Shown here: in pieces, positions 1-9,247 of the stretch
Position numbering within the stretch: position 1 is the first letter of the stretch
Layout: every line of letters starts with the position of its first letter
From: a virus
Taxonomy: Duplodnaviria > Caudoviricetes
IMG/VR virus record: IMGVR_UViG_3300024518_004078
Span: 1-50,056 of that record
Direction: 5' to 3' (one strand)
DNA: 50,056 nucleotides
The notes under the pieces: model-generated
Seen by the model: the letters and a program-made list of their open reading frames with translations, nothing else
Told to the model about the DNA's origin: nothing
Databases searched by the model: none
Position numbers and translations under genes: made by a program

Positions 1-15
1 CTATATGTCGCAGCA
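1..15. repeat. Left copy of 15-bp terminal direct repeat CTATATGTCGCAGCA
   Basis: Identical to 50042-50056; indicates a circular assembly or a cohesive end. Confidence 0.95.
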
Positions 16-67
16 CGCGACCTCTTTTAACTAATACTGTAATTCGGTGAATAATCATACACCTGGG

Positions 68-82
68 GTGAATATTTATTCA
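68..82. promoter_or_regulatory. Palindromic box GTGAATATTTATTCA, putative protein-binding site near the genome end
   Basis: Exact reverse complement of 49796-49810; related boxes at 49818-49831 and 6095-6108. Confidence 0.55.
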
Positions 83-185
83 CTCGCGCGAAATGACTTT
101 TGTCAAGCACGAAATTATTTTCTTGACCGGCCCCGAAATACGTTGTAGCGTTTGGGGGAGGTCAGACACGAAAGGGAAAAACAGA

Positions 186-377
186 ATGGATAAAGTCGAA
201 AAAATAGTAATCGGATTTTTAGTTGTAGTGCTCGTGGCTGTTATTATGGGGGCAATCCTCGCCCCTGCAATCAAAACCCATACCGACGAAAACGGATGTC
301 AATATCTCAGAACGGTCCAGGGCGGAATAACCCCCCGCCTAAATAGCGACGGCAATCAGATGGGGTGTGGGAAATGA
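186..377 (+). CDS. Small membrane-anchored hypothetical protein
   Basis: AAAGGGA RBS before ATG 186; N-terminal hydrophobic helix; stop overlaps the next start (ATGA). Confidence 0.65.
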   Translation: MDKVEKIVIGFLVVVLVAVIMGAILAPAIKTHTDENGCQYLRTVQGGITPRLNSDGNQMGCGK

Positions 378-649
378 AAACCGAAGCCGATGCCGGGGGA
401 TATGAGATCAGAAGAATTCCAGGTTATGCAGATTTTGCGATCGGCACGCGGGGGGCGGTTGAGGAGTCGTTTAATTATTGGAAATACCGATCGATCCCGG
501 CCGGGTGTCTGGCGTCTCTAATGGTCGCGGGCCATATCGCCGACGAAAAGGCATTTTTAAAAGCGTTTCACTATTTACAGCTAGCCGGGGTGGAGGTCGT
601 CGGTTTCAACCCGTTGGCCGTCCGGTTGGCTGAGGGGGTTTCGATATGA
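374..649 (+). CDS. Hypothetical protein
   Basis: ATGA overlaps with both neighbours. Confidence 0.6.
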   Translation: MKTEADAGGYEIRRIPGYADFAIGTRGAVEESFNYWKYRSIPAGCLASLMVAGHIADEKAFLKAFHYLQLAGVEVVGFNPLAVRLAEGVSI

Positions 650-1056
650 AAACCGAAAAACCGAAATGCGAGGAGTGCTACTGGTGGATAGCCGGAGTCG
701 AGACGGTTTCAATTCCCACATCCATGAATGTAAAACAAATTGGTGTCTGCTACCGCTTTCCGGCCACAGAAGAAAAATGGGTTGACGACTTTTGCGGCGA
801 GTACACACCGAGGGCGTCGGAGAAACCGAAACCGAAAAAAACGGAGCCGGAAAAGGATTGTCAAAACTGCAACCACGGGGAAGGACAGAGAGGCGATCAG
901 CGGGCGTGTGTGGTGTGCAATATTAATCATTCTAACTGGGCGCCACAACCAGAGGAGCCGGAGCCGGTCGAACAAAATTGTGATGATTGCAAATATTTAG
1001 ATAGTCTCCCTTGTAAACAGTGTCGCCGCCGGGCATTCTGGGAACCCCGCACCTAA
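646..1056 (+). CDS. Cys-rich protein with three CxxC-containing modules
   Basis: CEEC, CQNC/CVVC and CDDC/CKQC motifs with Pro/Lys/Glu linkers; TAATG overlap with terS. Confidence 0.7.
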   Translation: MKTEKPKCEECYWWIAGVETVSIPTSMNVKQIGVCYRFPATEEKWVDDFCGEYTPRASEKPKPKKTEPEKDCQNCNHGEGQRGDQRACVVCNINHSNWAPQPEEPEPVEQNCDDCKYLDSLPCKQCRRRAFWEPRT

Positions 1057-1721
1057 TGCCCAAAAAACCAACGAAAAACAAAAAAGGGCACCTATCTCCA
1101 GCCGAGTTCGCCAAACGTTGCGGGGTCAGTCAGTCGGCGGTAAGCTTGGCGATCAAGCGCGGCGACATTATTAAGGGTGCGGACGGGTATATAGACAAAG
1201 AACTACCGGGTGCCGTGTATTTCCGCACGAAGCCGAAAAGCTGGCGAAATCGAAAACGGCGAGAGAAACCAAAATGGGATCAGTTACCCCCGGCCGGAGA
1301 GTTACCGGGCGGATACCACCCCGGCGGAGAGATATACGATCCACAGCAAAAAGTATATGAGGACGTACGCCTAAAAGCTGCGCAGGCGGATCTCAAGTCG
1401 TTAGAGTACGCTAACAAGTTGAAGGTTATTGTTGATCTCGATGCACTGGAACAGCGGTTTGGGGTGTTCAGGGATTTCCTTTTGAACGGTTTGATCTATA
1501 TGCCAGAGTCTGTTTGTGATATGCTTTGGCTAAAAGCCCAGGGGGCCGAGCACCCGGAACGAATAATTGAGGAGACCCTAAAAGACGTGATAGCCGAAAT
1601 TATAGAGCAGGCCAAACGCGCGGCGGCGGCAGTAGTTCCGCCCGTAGAGGGGACGAAATATATAATGATCCGTCCGGGGGAAGCCGGGGGTGATGGTGGT
1701 GGGGAGGAGTCGGATGAATAA
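1056..1721 (+). CDS. terS: Terminase small subunit, Nu1-like
   Basis: N-terminal HTH (LSPAEFAKRCGVSQSAVSLAIKRG), then coiled coil (RLKAAQADLKSLEYA) and helical C-terminus; upstream of a gpA-type TerL. Confidence 0.75.
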   Translation: MPKKPTKNKKGHLSPAEFAKRCGVSQSAVSLAIKRGDIIKGADGYIDKELPGAVYFRTKPKSWRNRKRREKPKWDQLPPAGELPGGYHPGGEIYDPQQKVYEDVRLKAAQADLKSLEYANKLKVIVDLDALEQRFGVFRDFLLNGLIYMPESVCDMLWLKAQGAEHPERIIEETLKDVIAEIIEQAKRAAAAVVPPVEGTKYIMIRPGEAGGDGGGEESDE

Positions 1722-2175
1722 CGGCGGCGATATCCGCTGGGATATAGTCGGGCAGGCCCAGCTATTGGCCCGATCGTACAGACTCTATCTGCATTCGTCC
1801 GGGAACGCGAGACGGGATCATCTGAAAATAATGCGAATCCATATGGGCACCGTCGAATTTATGGCTAATCAGTACGCAGCCCGGAAGTTATGCGAGTGCG
1901 GGCAAGCGACGGCGATGTCGAGCGACCCTCGATGTGTGGGTGATAGTAGATGTGGGGATTGCATGTGTCCGGTTGAAGAATTGGATGTGATCGATTATTC
2001 ACGGCGAGAGTCTAGTTTTTCCCTAGGGTGCCGGACTGGCGAGGGGTTACCCGAAGATTTCGAAAATAAAAAAGGGGAGTATCGGATGGCGCGAGAATTA
2101 CGAAAAAAGATGGGTCGACCGTGGGGAACGTTGAAATTCGCGGGGTCGATAGATTTTGCGGAGGAGAAAAAATGA
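1714..2175 (+). CDS. Hypothetical protein with Cys cluster
   Basis: GGAGGAG RBS before ATG 1714; CEC..C..CxxC. Confidence 0.65.
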   Translation: MNNGGDIRWDIVGQAQLLARSYRLYLHSSGNARRDHLKIMRIHMGTVEFMANQYAARKLCECGQATAMSSDPRCVGDSRCGDCMCPVEELDVIDYSRRESSFSLGCRTGEGLPEDFENKKGEYRMARELRKKMGRPWGTLKFAGSIDFAEEKK

Positions 2176-2438
2176 AAACGATGAATTGCACGACGTGTAA
2201 CGGGTCGATGAAAAACGACAAGATGTGGGTGTGTGTTGCCGGTATGGGTGCGATGAGTGCCGACGGTCAAGGGCATATATGTACCATGTGGACCACGAGA
2301 TCGGACACCATTGACGGTGGGGCGTTACCGTGGGACTCCGACCCGGAGAAGGCCCGCGCTATTTTCGAGGCTTGGGCTTGGGGGCTAGGGGTCGAATTGG
2401 AAAGATCCGAAAGGCGACGGGTGAAATGTATTATTTAA
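2172..2438 (+). CDS. Hypothetical protein
   Basis: GGAGGAG RBS; ATGA overlap; N-terminal CxxC. Confidence 0.6.
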   Translation: MKTMNCTTCNGSMKNDKMWVCVAGMGAMSADGQGHICTMWTTRSDTIDGGALPWDSDPEKARAIFEAWAWGLGVELERSERRRVKCII

Positions 2439-2650
2439 AACTGAGAGACGCCGACGAAAACGAAGCTGCGTTTTATTCCGGGTTCGAAGAAGTACAGCCG
2501 GGCTGGAAATATGAGAATATAAACGGAAATTTTCTAATGACAGAAAAGTTCAAGTATGCGGAGGCATTCGAAACATTGGACGCGGCCGAAAGGTTTTGGG
2601 CAAAATACGACACGCACGAACGTTTTGTTATTATGGAGAGGGTAGGATGA
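2426..2650 (+). CDS. Hypothetical protein
   Basis: Tightly packed ORF; stop overlaps the next start. Confidence 0.55.
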   Translation: MYYLKLRDADENEAAFYSGFEEVQPGWKYENINGNFLMTEKFKYAEAFETLDAAERFWAKYDTHERFVIMERVG

Positions 2651-2853
2651 CCGCCTGTCAGTCGGACAACGGCGGGCAGGAGGGGTGCGAAACCTACCGC
2701 GAGCGCGCCGCGATCATAGAATACCACGGAGCGATCGAACGGCCGGAGGCGGAACGGCGCGCGCGCGAGTATTGCTGTATCGGCTGTTCGGAATATGGCG
2801 AGCAGGGCGGATTATTTACGGAGGTAAAAAATGAAAAAATGTCCGGTATGTAA
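2647..2853 (+). CDS. Small protein with an ERAAI-EY-G motif
   Basis: YRERAAIIEYHGAIERPEAE resembles a short motif I recall from phage proteins; GAGGG RBS. Confidence 0.55.
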   Translation: MTACQSDNGGQEGCETYRERAAIIEYHGAIERPEAERRAREYCCIGCSEYGEQGGLFTEVKNEKMSGM

Positions 2854-3025
2854 AAAAACCGAATGCGTAAACGATGAAGTTTGCGAACTTCGCGCGCGCA
2901 AATTTCTAGATCTTATATTTTTTGGCAAGGAAAGAGGAAGCGCGATTGACAAGATCAAAAAGATGAAGATCAATCCGGGGGGAATGGGACTTCCGGGGGG
3001 AACCGTCCCGGAGGAGGATCGATAA
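2831..3025 (+). CDS. Hypothetical protein
   Basis: GGAGGT RBS; CPVC motif. Confidence 0.6.
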   Translation: MKKCPVCKKTECVNDEVCELRARKFLDLIFFGKERGSAIDKIKKMKINPGGMGLPGGTVPEEDR

Positions 3026-3246
3026 TGGGCACTGTTACGAATTTAGCAGATTGGAAACAGAGAAAAACCCGAGAAGTGAAAAAGTATATGGAAATCCTGT
3101 TTGAGACGTACAGCGAAAGCAGTGGGGAAAAGGTGGGGGAAAACGTGAGCGTTTGTAGGTTTTCTTACGACGAAAACGGGGATGTGGTAATACACAATGA
3201 AACGAAGGTGAAAAATGATCAGCCACGAAATATATTTCCTAGATAA
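3025..3246 (+). CDS. Hypothetical protein
   Basis: GGAGGA RBS; TAATG overlap. Confidence 0.6.
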   Translation: MGTVTNLADWKQRKTREVKKYMEILFETYSESSGEKVGENVSVCRFSYDENGDVVIHNETKVKNDQPRNIFPR

Positions 3247-3451
3247 TCCGCAGACGGCACAGCTGAAAGATGCGCTGAGAAAGGCGCGATCCGATCTAGC
3301 TGCCTTGGAAATCCGGTATGAAGGCGTGTGTGAATCGGATCTCAGATTTAACAAAATGTGTGCGGAACAGATAACGGAAATGCTAAGGTTGAGGAAAGAG
3401 ATAGCAGAGTTGAAGGGCGACCCGGTATACCTCCGGCCGGACGATGCCTAA
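3215..3451 (+). CDS. Coiled-coil hypothetical protein
   Basis: AAGGTG RBS; heptad pattern; overlaps the terL start. Confidence 0.6.
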   Translation: MISHEIYFLDNPQTAQLKDALRKARSDLAALEIRYEGVCESDLRFNKMCAEQITEMLRLRKEIAELKGDPVYLRPDDA

Positions 3452-5480
3452 AACCATAGAGACAACCCTAACGATTCCAGCGGCGACAGCCGCGCGTATG
3501 TATGCCGACGTCCAGAAGCTGATCGACGCCTGTCCATCTCGCGTGCCGACGATTACCGTTTCTGAGTTTGCGGCCAGCGACCGAGTTCTGCCCAGGGGGA
3601 CACCGTACCCCGGCCCATGGCGTAACGAGCGCACTCCGTATCTAGTAGAGATCATGGACGCACTCTCGGCCAGCAGTCCGATTACAGGCGTGGCGTTTGC
3701 GAAATCTGCACAGGTCGGCGCGACTAGTGCGGTAGAAAATCTGATTGCATATATCATCAAAAGCGTTCCTGGGCCAACGCTTTATTGTACGGCCAACGAA
3801 AAACTATTGGCCAAATGGGTCAACAAACGGTTGACTCCTCTGCTTGTATCGTGCGGACTCGACGGAGTAATTGACGCCCAAAGCAAGATGAAAGGTGGAA
3901 GACGCACGGGGAACAAGATGTTTTCCAAAGAGTTTCCCGGTGGAAGTTTGGACATGGTCACGGCCGGAAGCGCGGCGAACTTGAGATCGGATACGGTCAG
4001 GTATCTGATCCTCGATGAGCTCGACGGATATCCCTTGGACGTCGACAAAGAGGGAGACCCCGTATCGATCGCAGAGGCCCGGACGAAAAACTGGAAACGA
4101 CGGAAGAAAATTCTGTATATTTCGACACCCACCACGGCCGAGACGAGTCATATTTGGCCGCTCTACGAGTCGGGAGACAGACGAAAATATTTCGTCCCCT
4201 GCCCACATTGTGGCGAATTTCAGGTGCTGGAATTTGGATACGATTATACCGAGGATGAAGACGACGACCGGCCCAGCCACGGCATGAAATGGGAAGTCGT
4301 TAAGGGGCATTTGGATCCTAAGTCCATCTATTACGAGTGCGAACACTGCCACGAGTCGATCTATGAGTCGAAAAAATGGGCGATGTTACAAAAGGGAGAA
4401 TGGAGACCGACCGCGATCTCGAATAGTCCGCTGTTCAGGTCGTACCATATCAGCGCGATCTACTCATTGATGGAGGACTGGGTATTTGTTGTCCAGGCTC
4501 ACCTAAACGGTGAGGACAACGCCTTGAAAAAACGTGCGTTTGTAAATACCGGTTTGGGGCTGGCGTATCGCGAGGTGGGAAAGAAGATCAACCACAAGAA
4601 AATCAGAAATAACGCTGGGCTGTATAAATCCGGCACGATTCCCGACATGTTGCCGGGAGTTCTGTATTTGACAGCGGCGATCGATATCCAGAGGGGCCAG
4701 GCGAAGTCCACCGAGCTTGGGCCTAGGTTAGAGATGGAAATTTGCGGCCACGGCCGGGGGTATCGAACCTGGAGTATTTTGTATAAGGTGTTTCGCGGAG
4801 ATATTGGCGATGCGTTCGATGGGGCGTGGGAGGATCTTTTTCAGTGGGCCGTTAAAAACCGGTTGACATTCTTGCGTCCGGATGGTATGAGCTTTTCTCC
4901 TCAAATAATCGGAATCGACTCCGCAGACGGTGAGACAGAGGGGCAAGCGTTCCAGTTTTGTACCCGTTGGCAGAATACCTTTCCGATCAAAGGTTTTCAC
5001 GAGCTGAAAAAAACCGAGGGGAAGATCAATGATTATCTCGACCCCGAGAGACACACCGATTTCGATAGATTCCGTGAGCGGTCGAAGGCCGGGCAGACGG
5101 TTTTTCAGATATCGACGAACTGGTACAAAAAGCAGATATACAGCAATTTGGCCATCAACCGCCGCGAGGGAGACTTCCAACGCCCGAATTTCATGGATCA
5201 TCCCAAGGATTACGGCGAACGATATTATAAAATGTTGACAGCGGAGGAGTTGAGGCCGGATGGAACGTTCTGGAAGCCTTCAAGTAGGGCGAATGAGGCG
5301 TTGGATCTCAAGGTATATAATTGTTGTCTCGCGGAAATCTGGTTAGCGGCACAGGTCAAGCGCGCGCAGGGGGTCATTATGAAAGAGGGCAATTTGTCAA
5401 AAGAACAAGTCGAGCAGACGATACGATCTCCGTATGTGTTGGATTATTTGGAAAAGTTGACTGCTCGGAGGAAGGTATGA
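3444..5480 (+). CDS. terL: Terminase large subunit, lambda gpA family
   Basis: PGPWRNERTPYL; Walker A variant KSAQVGATS; Walker B LILDELD; STPT; CPHC..CEHC; nuclease acidic residues (AAIDIQ, GIDS, NEALD). Confidence 0.96.
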   Translation: MPKTIETTLTIPAATAARMYADVQKLIDACPSRVPTITVSEFAASDRVLPRGTPYPGPWRNERTPYLVEIMDALSASSPITGVAFAKSAQVGATSAVENLIAYIIKSVPGPTLYCTANEKLLAKWVNKRLTPLLVSCGLDGVIDAQSKMKGGRRTGNKMFSKEFPGGSLDMVTAGSAANLRSDTVRYLILDELDGYPLDVDKEGDPVSIAEARTKNWKRRKKILYISTPTTAETSHIWPLYESGDRRKYFVPCPHCGEFQVLEFGYDYTEDEDDDRPSHGMKWEVVKGHLDPKSIYYECEHCHESIYESKKWAMLQKGEWRPTAISNSPLFRSYHISAIYSLMEDWVFVVQAHLNGEDNALKKRAFVNTGLGLAYREVGKKINHKKIRNNAGLYKSGTIPDMLPGVLYLTAAIDIQRGQAKSTELGPRLEMEICGHGRGYRTWSILYKVFRGDIGDAFDGAWEDLFQWAVKNRLTFLRPDGMSFSPQIIGIDSADGETEGQAFQFCTRWQNTFPIKGFHELKKTEGKINDYLDPERHTDFDRFRERSKAGQTVFQISTNWYKKQIYSNLAINRREGDFQRPNFMDHPKDYGERYYKMLTAEELRPDGTFWKPSSRANEALDLKVYNCCLAEIWLAAQVKRAQGVIMKEGNLSKEQVEQTIRSPYVLDYLEKLTARRKV

Positions 5481-5662
5481 GCGAAATCGATAGCGCGTTT
5501 TATAGATTTGTTAACCGCATTTGCGATATACTAAAGGATCCTGAATTCGAACAATTAGCGGAGAACGTTAAACAGGAAGGTCGGGAGATCGTCGAAAAGA
5601 TGAAACTAGGCACCTATGAATATCTAAGAAAAAAACATTCCTCCGGCCCACAAAACAGTTGA
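5477..5662 (+). CDS. Hypothetical protein
   Basis: GGAGGAAGG RBS; ATGA overlap with the terL stop. Confidence 0.6.
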   Translation: MSEIDSAFYRFVNRICDILKDPEFEQLAENVKQEGREIVEKMKLGTYEYLRKKHSSGPQNS

Positions 5663-5726
5663 CAGCGGGGACGGATAGGTGGGATAAACAGTCACCTTGT
5701 TTTTCTGATCGGAAAAGGTACTTTTC

Positions 5727-5763
5727 AAAACGGCTAACTTTCCACGGTTGGGCCGTTTTTTTT
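5727..5763 (+). terminator. Intrinsic terminator
   Basis: AAAACGGC...GCCGTTTT stem followed by a T8 run. Confidence 0.75.
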
Positions 5764-5765
5764 AC

Positions 5766-5794
5766 TTGACACCCCCAACGAACTACGATATAAA
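5766..5794 (+). promoter_or_regulatory. Sigma70-like promoter
   Basis: TTGACA-17 nt-TATAAA. Confidence 0.7.
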
Positions 5795-5868
5795 AAGTTG
5801 TTTCATCCTTTTTCCCTTTGGATGTTGCTCTCCTCGCTCCGCCCCTTAAAATGGGCGGGGCACTTTAA

Positions 5869-5981
5869 TCTAATAAGTATCTAACTTTTAGCCTTAGACA
5901 TTTCTAACCCACCGTAATCATACAAAAACATTAGATCGGAATGTCTAAAATAGATCTAACTATCCGGTCTAGACATTCTAA
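5869..5981. repeat. Cluster of TCTAA/TTAGA and TAGACATT repeats
   Basis: Eight TCTAA/TTAGA pentamers plus TCTAGA in ~113 bp; TAGACATT at 5895 and 5970, inverted at 5940-5947. Confidence 0.7.
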
Positions 5982-6144
5982 TCGCAAAGCGAATAACTCA
6001 CCTGCGACCGACAAAACCGGTTGTCGCTAACGGAATCAAGATCCGTGCGCGACAAACTCCATCACCGCCCGATGTATAAAAACACACAGAATCCTGCATA
6101 AATATACAATTTCTCTTGACACCCACATGTAACCCGGTGTAGGT

Positions 6145-6444
6145 ATGAGTATGACTTGTCGTAATACGGCCCGTTTTGAGCGTATAATTACACAAATTCA
6201 AACTTTACAGGCGCAGCTTGAGGCGTTGAACCTTACTTTTTTGACAGCCTCCGCCACCGATGTAGACGAATACAGGTTTAATAGTAACGAGGGATCGCAA
6301 AGCACCGGCCGCCGATCGTTAACCGAGATGGGCGCCGCGATCGATAGACTTCAGGCTATGATTGACAAACTTTACCGCCAGCTCGAAGGCAACGGAATCA
6401 CGATCATGAATCTCCGCCGTAAGCAGAACGGGCCGCGCTGCTAA
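6145..6444 (+). CDS. Head completion protein, lambda gpW-like
   Basis: Small helix-hairpin-helix-like ORF (EYRFNSNEGSQSTGRRSLTEM) directly before the portal with TAATG coupling. Confidence 0.7.
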   Translation: MSMTCRNTARFERIITQIQTLQAQLEALNLTFLTASATDVDEYRFNSNEGSQSTGRRSLTEMGAAIDRLQAMIDKLYRQLEGNGITIMNLRRKQNGPRC

Positions 6445-8162
6445 TGGGGTGGCTCTCAAAGATCGCCGGGTTTTTCATTGGCATGAATACTGAACAACCC
6501 GAGATCGGCGCGTATTCGGGCAACTACGGCGGCGGGTACGGTGGATACGGCGGGTACGGTGGATACGGCGGCGGATATCCATACGGAGGAATAGGCAGCG
6601 GCGGCGGTAAATGGCCCGGTGGGATGTCGACTAACGGCAAAGCTCCAATTTTCGACCACTGCGCAATACGTCAAAACGCCCGATCGGCATACTTCGAATC
6701 CCCACTAGGTAAATCGATTGTTGATACTTATGCGGACTCGGTAGTTGACCAGGGTTTGAAATTACAGGCAGAACCGAAATCAGATATTCTGGGTATCACT
6801 CCCGAGGCGGCCGAAAAATGGGCCGAAGAAACAAACGAGGCGTTTGATCTCTGGGCCGGATCGAAAAAATCTAGTTTAGATGAAATGTTGACGTTTTATC
6901 AGATACAACGTCTAGCAGTTATCTATCAACAGAGAGACGGCGAGTACTTCAACCGCTTCCATTACTCCCGATCTCGGGCACTATTAAATCCGTTGCAACT
7001 GCAATTTATCGATCCGAATCAAATACGCGGTACGGAGTTCACGACCACTTACGGTTTCCAACGCGACAACGACGGAATAGAGAGAGACGCAGCGGGCCGG
7101 GAAATATCCTACAAAATTTGGGTAAGAGATAAAGAATATAACTACAAAGAAGTAACTGTCAAGAAAAAAAGCCGCTCCGGCCGAATTTTCATGGTACATG
7201 GTTTTATGCCAGAACTACCGGGCCAAACGCGCGGGTTTTCCAGGATGCAACATATTTTGCAGAACCTGGAAAACCAAGAAGATTATTCTCTCGGCATTTT
7301 AAAGAAGTGTATCAATCAGTCAAGTATTACGATGTTCGTCAAGCCGTCTCAAGATAACCCGGCGTCGAATCCATTTGAGGGCATAACGACTGGCGGAGCC
7401 GGGCCGGTTGCCACGGTGACACCGACAACCGATCCGGCGGCCATGGCCGCTACGATCGCCAACCAGGTACACTATCAACCGATGCCGGAGGCGACATCTA
7501 ACGTTCCCGGATCGATCGGTGTTTTTAATCTCAATGAGGGCGAAGAGATCAAGCCGTTCCAGGATACCGGCCCGCTTCCTCAATACGGTGATTATATCGA
7601 TTCTCTCAGTTCGTACGTGTGCGCGTCGATGGGCGTGCCGCTCGCGGTAGTGAAAAAACAATTTGAAGATTCATACTCCGCCAGCCGTGCCGCCCTCCTG
7701 TTATGGGATCGTATCCGAGGTATTTGGGAAAACGAACTAGACAGCGATCTTTTAGCAGACGTGTACGAGATGTGGTTATCCGGAGAAATAGCGGCCGGAC
7801 GACGTACCGCGCCGGGCTGGACCGATCCCCGTATGCGGGCGGCGTGGTTATCCCATAGTTGGGCCAGCCCGCCGATGCCCAACATAGACCCGATGCGCAC
7901 TGCGAAAGCCGACAAGGAATATATTGAAATGGGCGCGCAAACCCTCGATCGAGTTGCGCGGAATCACAACGGCAGCTCGGGTAAATCGAATCGTGCCAAA
8001 CTCGCGCGAGAGTTGCCAGAATTACCGCTTGCCCCATGGTCGGCAGCGGCGCAGGCGGCGGCGCAGGCCGAAGCGCAGGCCGATGCGTCCGCCGATACGA
8101 GCGACGACAAACCGAGCGAGAAAAAAACGAGCCGCAAACGCGGCAGACCGGCAGGAGTTTAA
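6444..8162 (+). CDS. Portal protein, lambda family
   Basis: QRDGEYF, LQLQFIDP, GIERDAAGR, PGQTRG, SYSASRAALL and IDPMR motifs; position after terL and gpW. Confidence 0.93.
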   Translation: MGWLSKIAGFFIGMNTEQPEIGAYSGNYGGGYGGYGGYGGYGGGYPYGGIGSGGGKWPGGMSTNGKAPIFDHCAIRQNARSAYFESPLGKSIVDTYADSVVDQGLKLQAEPKSDILGITPEAAEKWAEETNEAFDLWAGSKKSSLDEMLTFYQIQRLAVIYQQRDGEYFNRFHYSRSRALLNPLQLQFIDPNQIRGTEFTTTYGFQRDNDGIERDAAGREISYKIWVRDKEYNYKEVTVKKKSRSGRIFMVHGFMPELPGQTRGFSRMQHILQNLENQEDYSLGILKKCINQSSITMFVKPSQDNPASNPFEGITTGGAGPVATVTPTTDPAAMAATIANQVHYQPMPEATSNVPGSIGVFNLNEGEEIKPFQDTGPLPQYGDYIDSLSSYVCASMGVPLAVVKKQFEDSYSASRAALLLWDRIRGIWENELDSDLLADVYEMWLSGEIAAGRRTAPGWTDPRMRAAWLSHSWASPPMPNIDPMRTAKADKEYIEMGAQTLDRVARNHNGSSGKSNRAKLARELPELPLAPWSAAAQAAAQAEAQADASADTSDDKPSEKKTSRKRGRPAGV

Positions 8163-8165
8163 AAG

Positions 8166-8423
8166 ATGGCAGATCCCGTATTAATAGCAACCGTCGAAGA
8201 AGTTTGGAAAAAAGTCGCCACTGGTGTGTTGGTCGGTCAAATTTGGAAACAAATCATTGATTCGGATTATCTAATCACGTACCGCGCGACTGGAAACCCG
8301 GCGCCCACGGATTTATCAGACGCGCAACCGTGGGCCGGTCAATCGGCGTTGATCGAGTCTCCGACGCCGATCGATGTTTACGTGTATTCCAGAAAAGCCG
8401 GATCGGTGAGGGTGGATCTATGA
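8166..8423 (+). CDS. Putative virion-associated beta-rich protein
   Basis: AGGAG RBS; inside the head operon. Confidence 0.6.
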   Translation: MADPVLIATVEEVWKKVATGVLVGQIWKQIIDSDYLITYRATGNPAPTDLSDAQPWAGQSALIESPTPIDVYVYSRKAGSVRVDL

Positions 8424-9247
8424 AAATCGGGCCGGGATTAATCAGCGACCCGAATTATTTCCTTTCCGTGGCGCGCGGAAATGTAAAGGGAGTATCGGCC
8501 GTTCGAAAATACGGTAAAGCGAGATTGGACACGGGCGGATTCCGGGACGTGTGGTTTTTCGGGAGTGATAACAGGGGTAATTTGGATTATGTGCAGCCCG
8601 CCGATGGGACCGCGCCGATCACCCACCTTTCAAGTTCGGACAATACCGACGCCGGAGTAGCCATTCTAACGGGGTTGGACATTAACGGGGCCCTAACTGT
8701 CCAGCCCGCTACCGTCGCAGGAAATGCTAAAGTTGCGCTCACGACGCCCTTATGGCGCTGTCATACTACGCAGTTCACCAAGGCGGCCACTAGTTACATC
8801 ATAGGTTCGGCCGATGCGGGGGGCCGGTTGTCTGGGTTACAAGGAGATCTATACGTTTACGAAGATGTCGTTCCAGTGGCGGGAGTCCCGGCGGCCGCCG
8901 CCGTTCGATCTTACGTGGAACGATTTCACAATCGGACCCTACAGGCGTTTTATACGGTTCCGCTGGGTACAACCGCATTTGTGATGTGGGCCAGAAACAC
9001 AATCAACAAAAAGACGGCGGCAGCTGTGGAGGCAGAGGCATGGATTCGGCCATATGGCGGCGTTCCATTTATTGGGGACACAGGATCTGTTCACACGGAC
9101 GGAACGGGCACCTATCAAGAGTGTTGTTTTTTACAACAACCGGTTCCCGCGTTGACAGATATCATGATTCGCGCGGAGCCTGATTCAAATGATACGTCCT
9201 ACGGCGGACGTTTTGACATCTTACTCTTCGAAGACGGGGTACTTTAG
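8420..9247 (+). CDS. Putative virion structural protein
   Basis: GAGG RBS; ATGA overlap; Gly/Thr/Ala-rich, beta-strand-like composition. Confidence 0.65.
   Translation: MKIGPGLISDPNYFLSVARGNVKGVSAVRKYGKARLDTGGFRDVWFFGSDNRGNLDYVQPADGTAPITHLSSSDNTDAGVAILTGLDINGALTVQPATVAGNAKVALTTPLWRCHTTQFTKAATSYIIGSADAGGRLSGLQGDLYVYEDVVPVAGVPAAAAVRSYVERFHNRTLQAFYTVPLGTTAFVMWARNTINKKTAAAVEAEAWIRPYGGVPFIGDTGSVHTDGTGTYQECCFLQQPVPALTDIMIRAEPDSNDTSYGGRFDILLFEDGVL

Noticed and set aside
3444-5480. Intein or intron in terL
   Set aside because: Length and motif spacing fit an uninterrupted gpA-type protein; no splice-junction motifs seen
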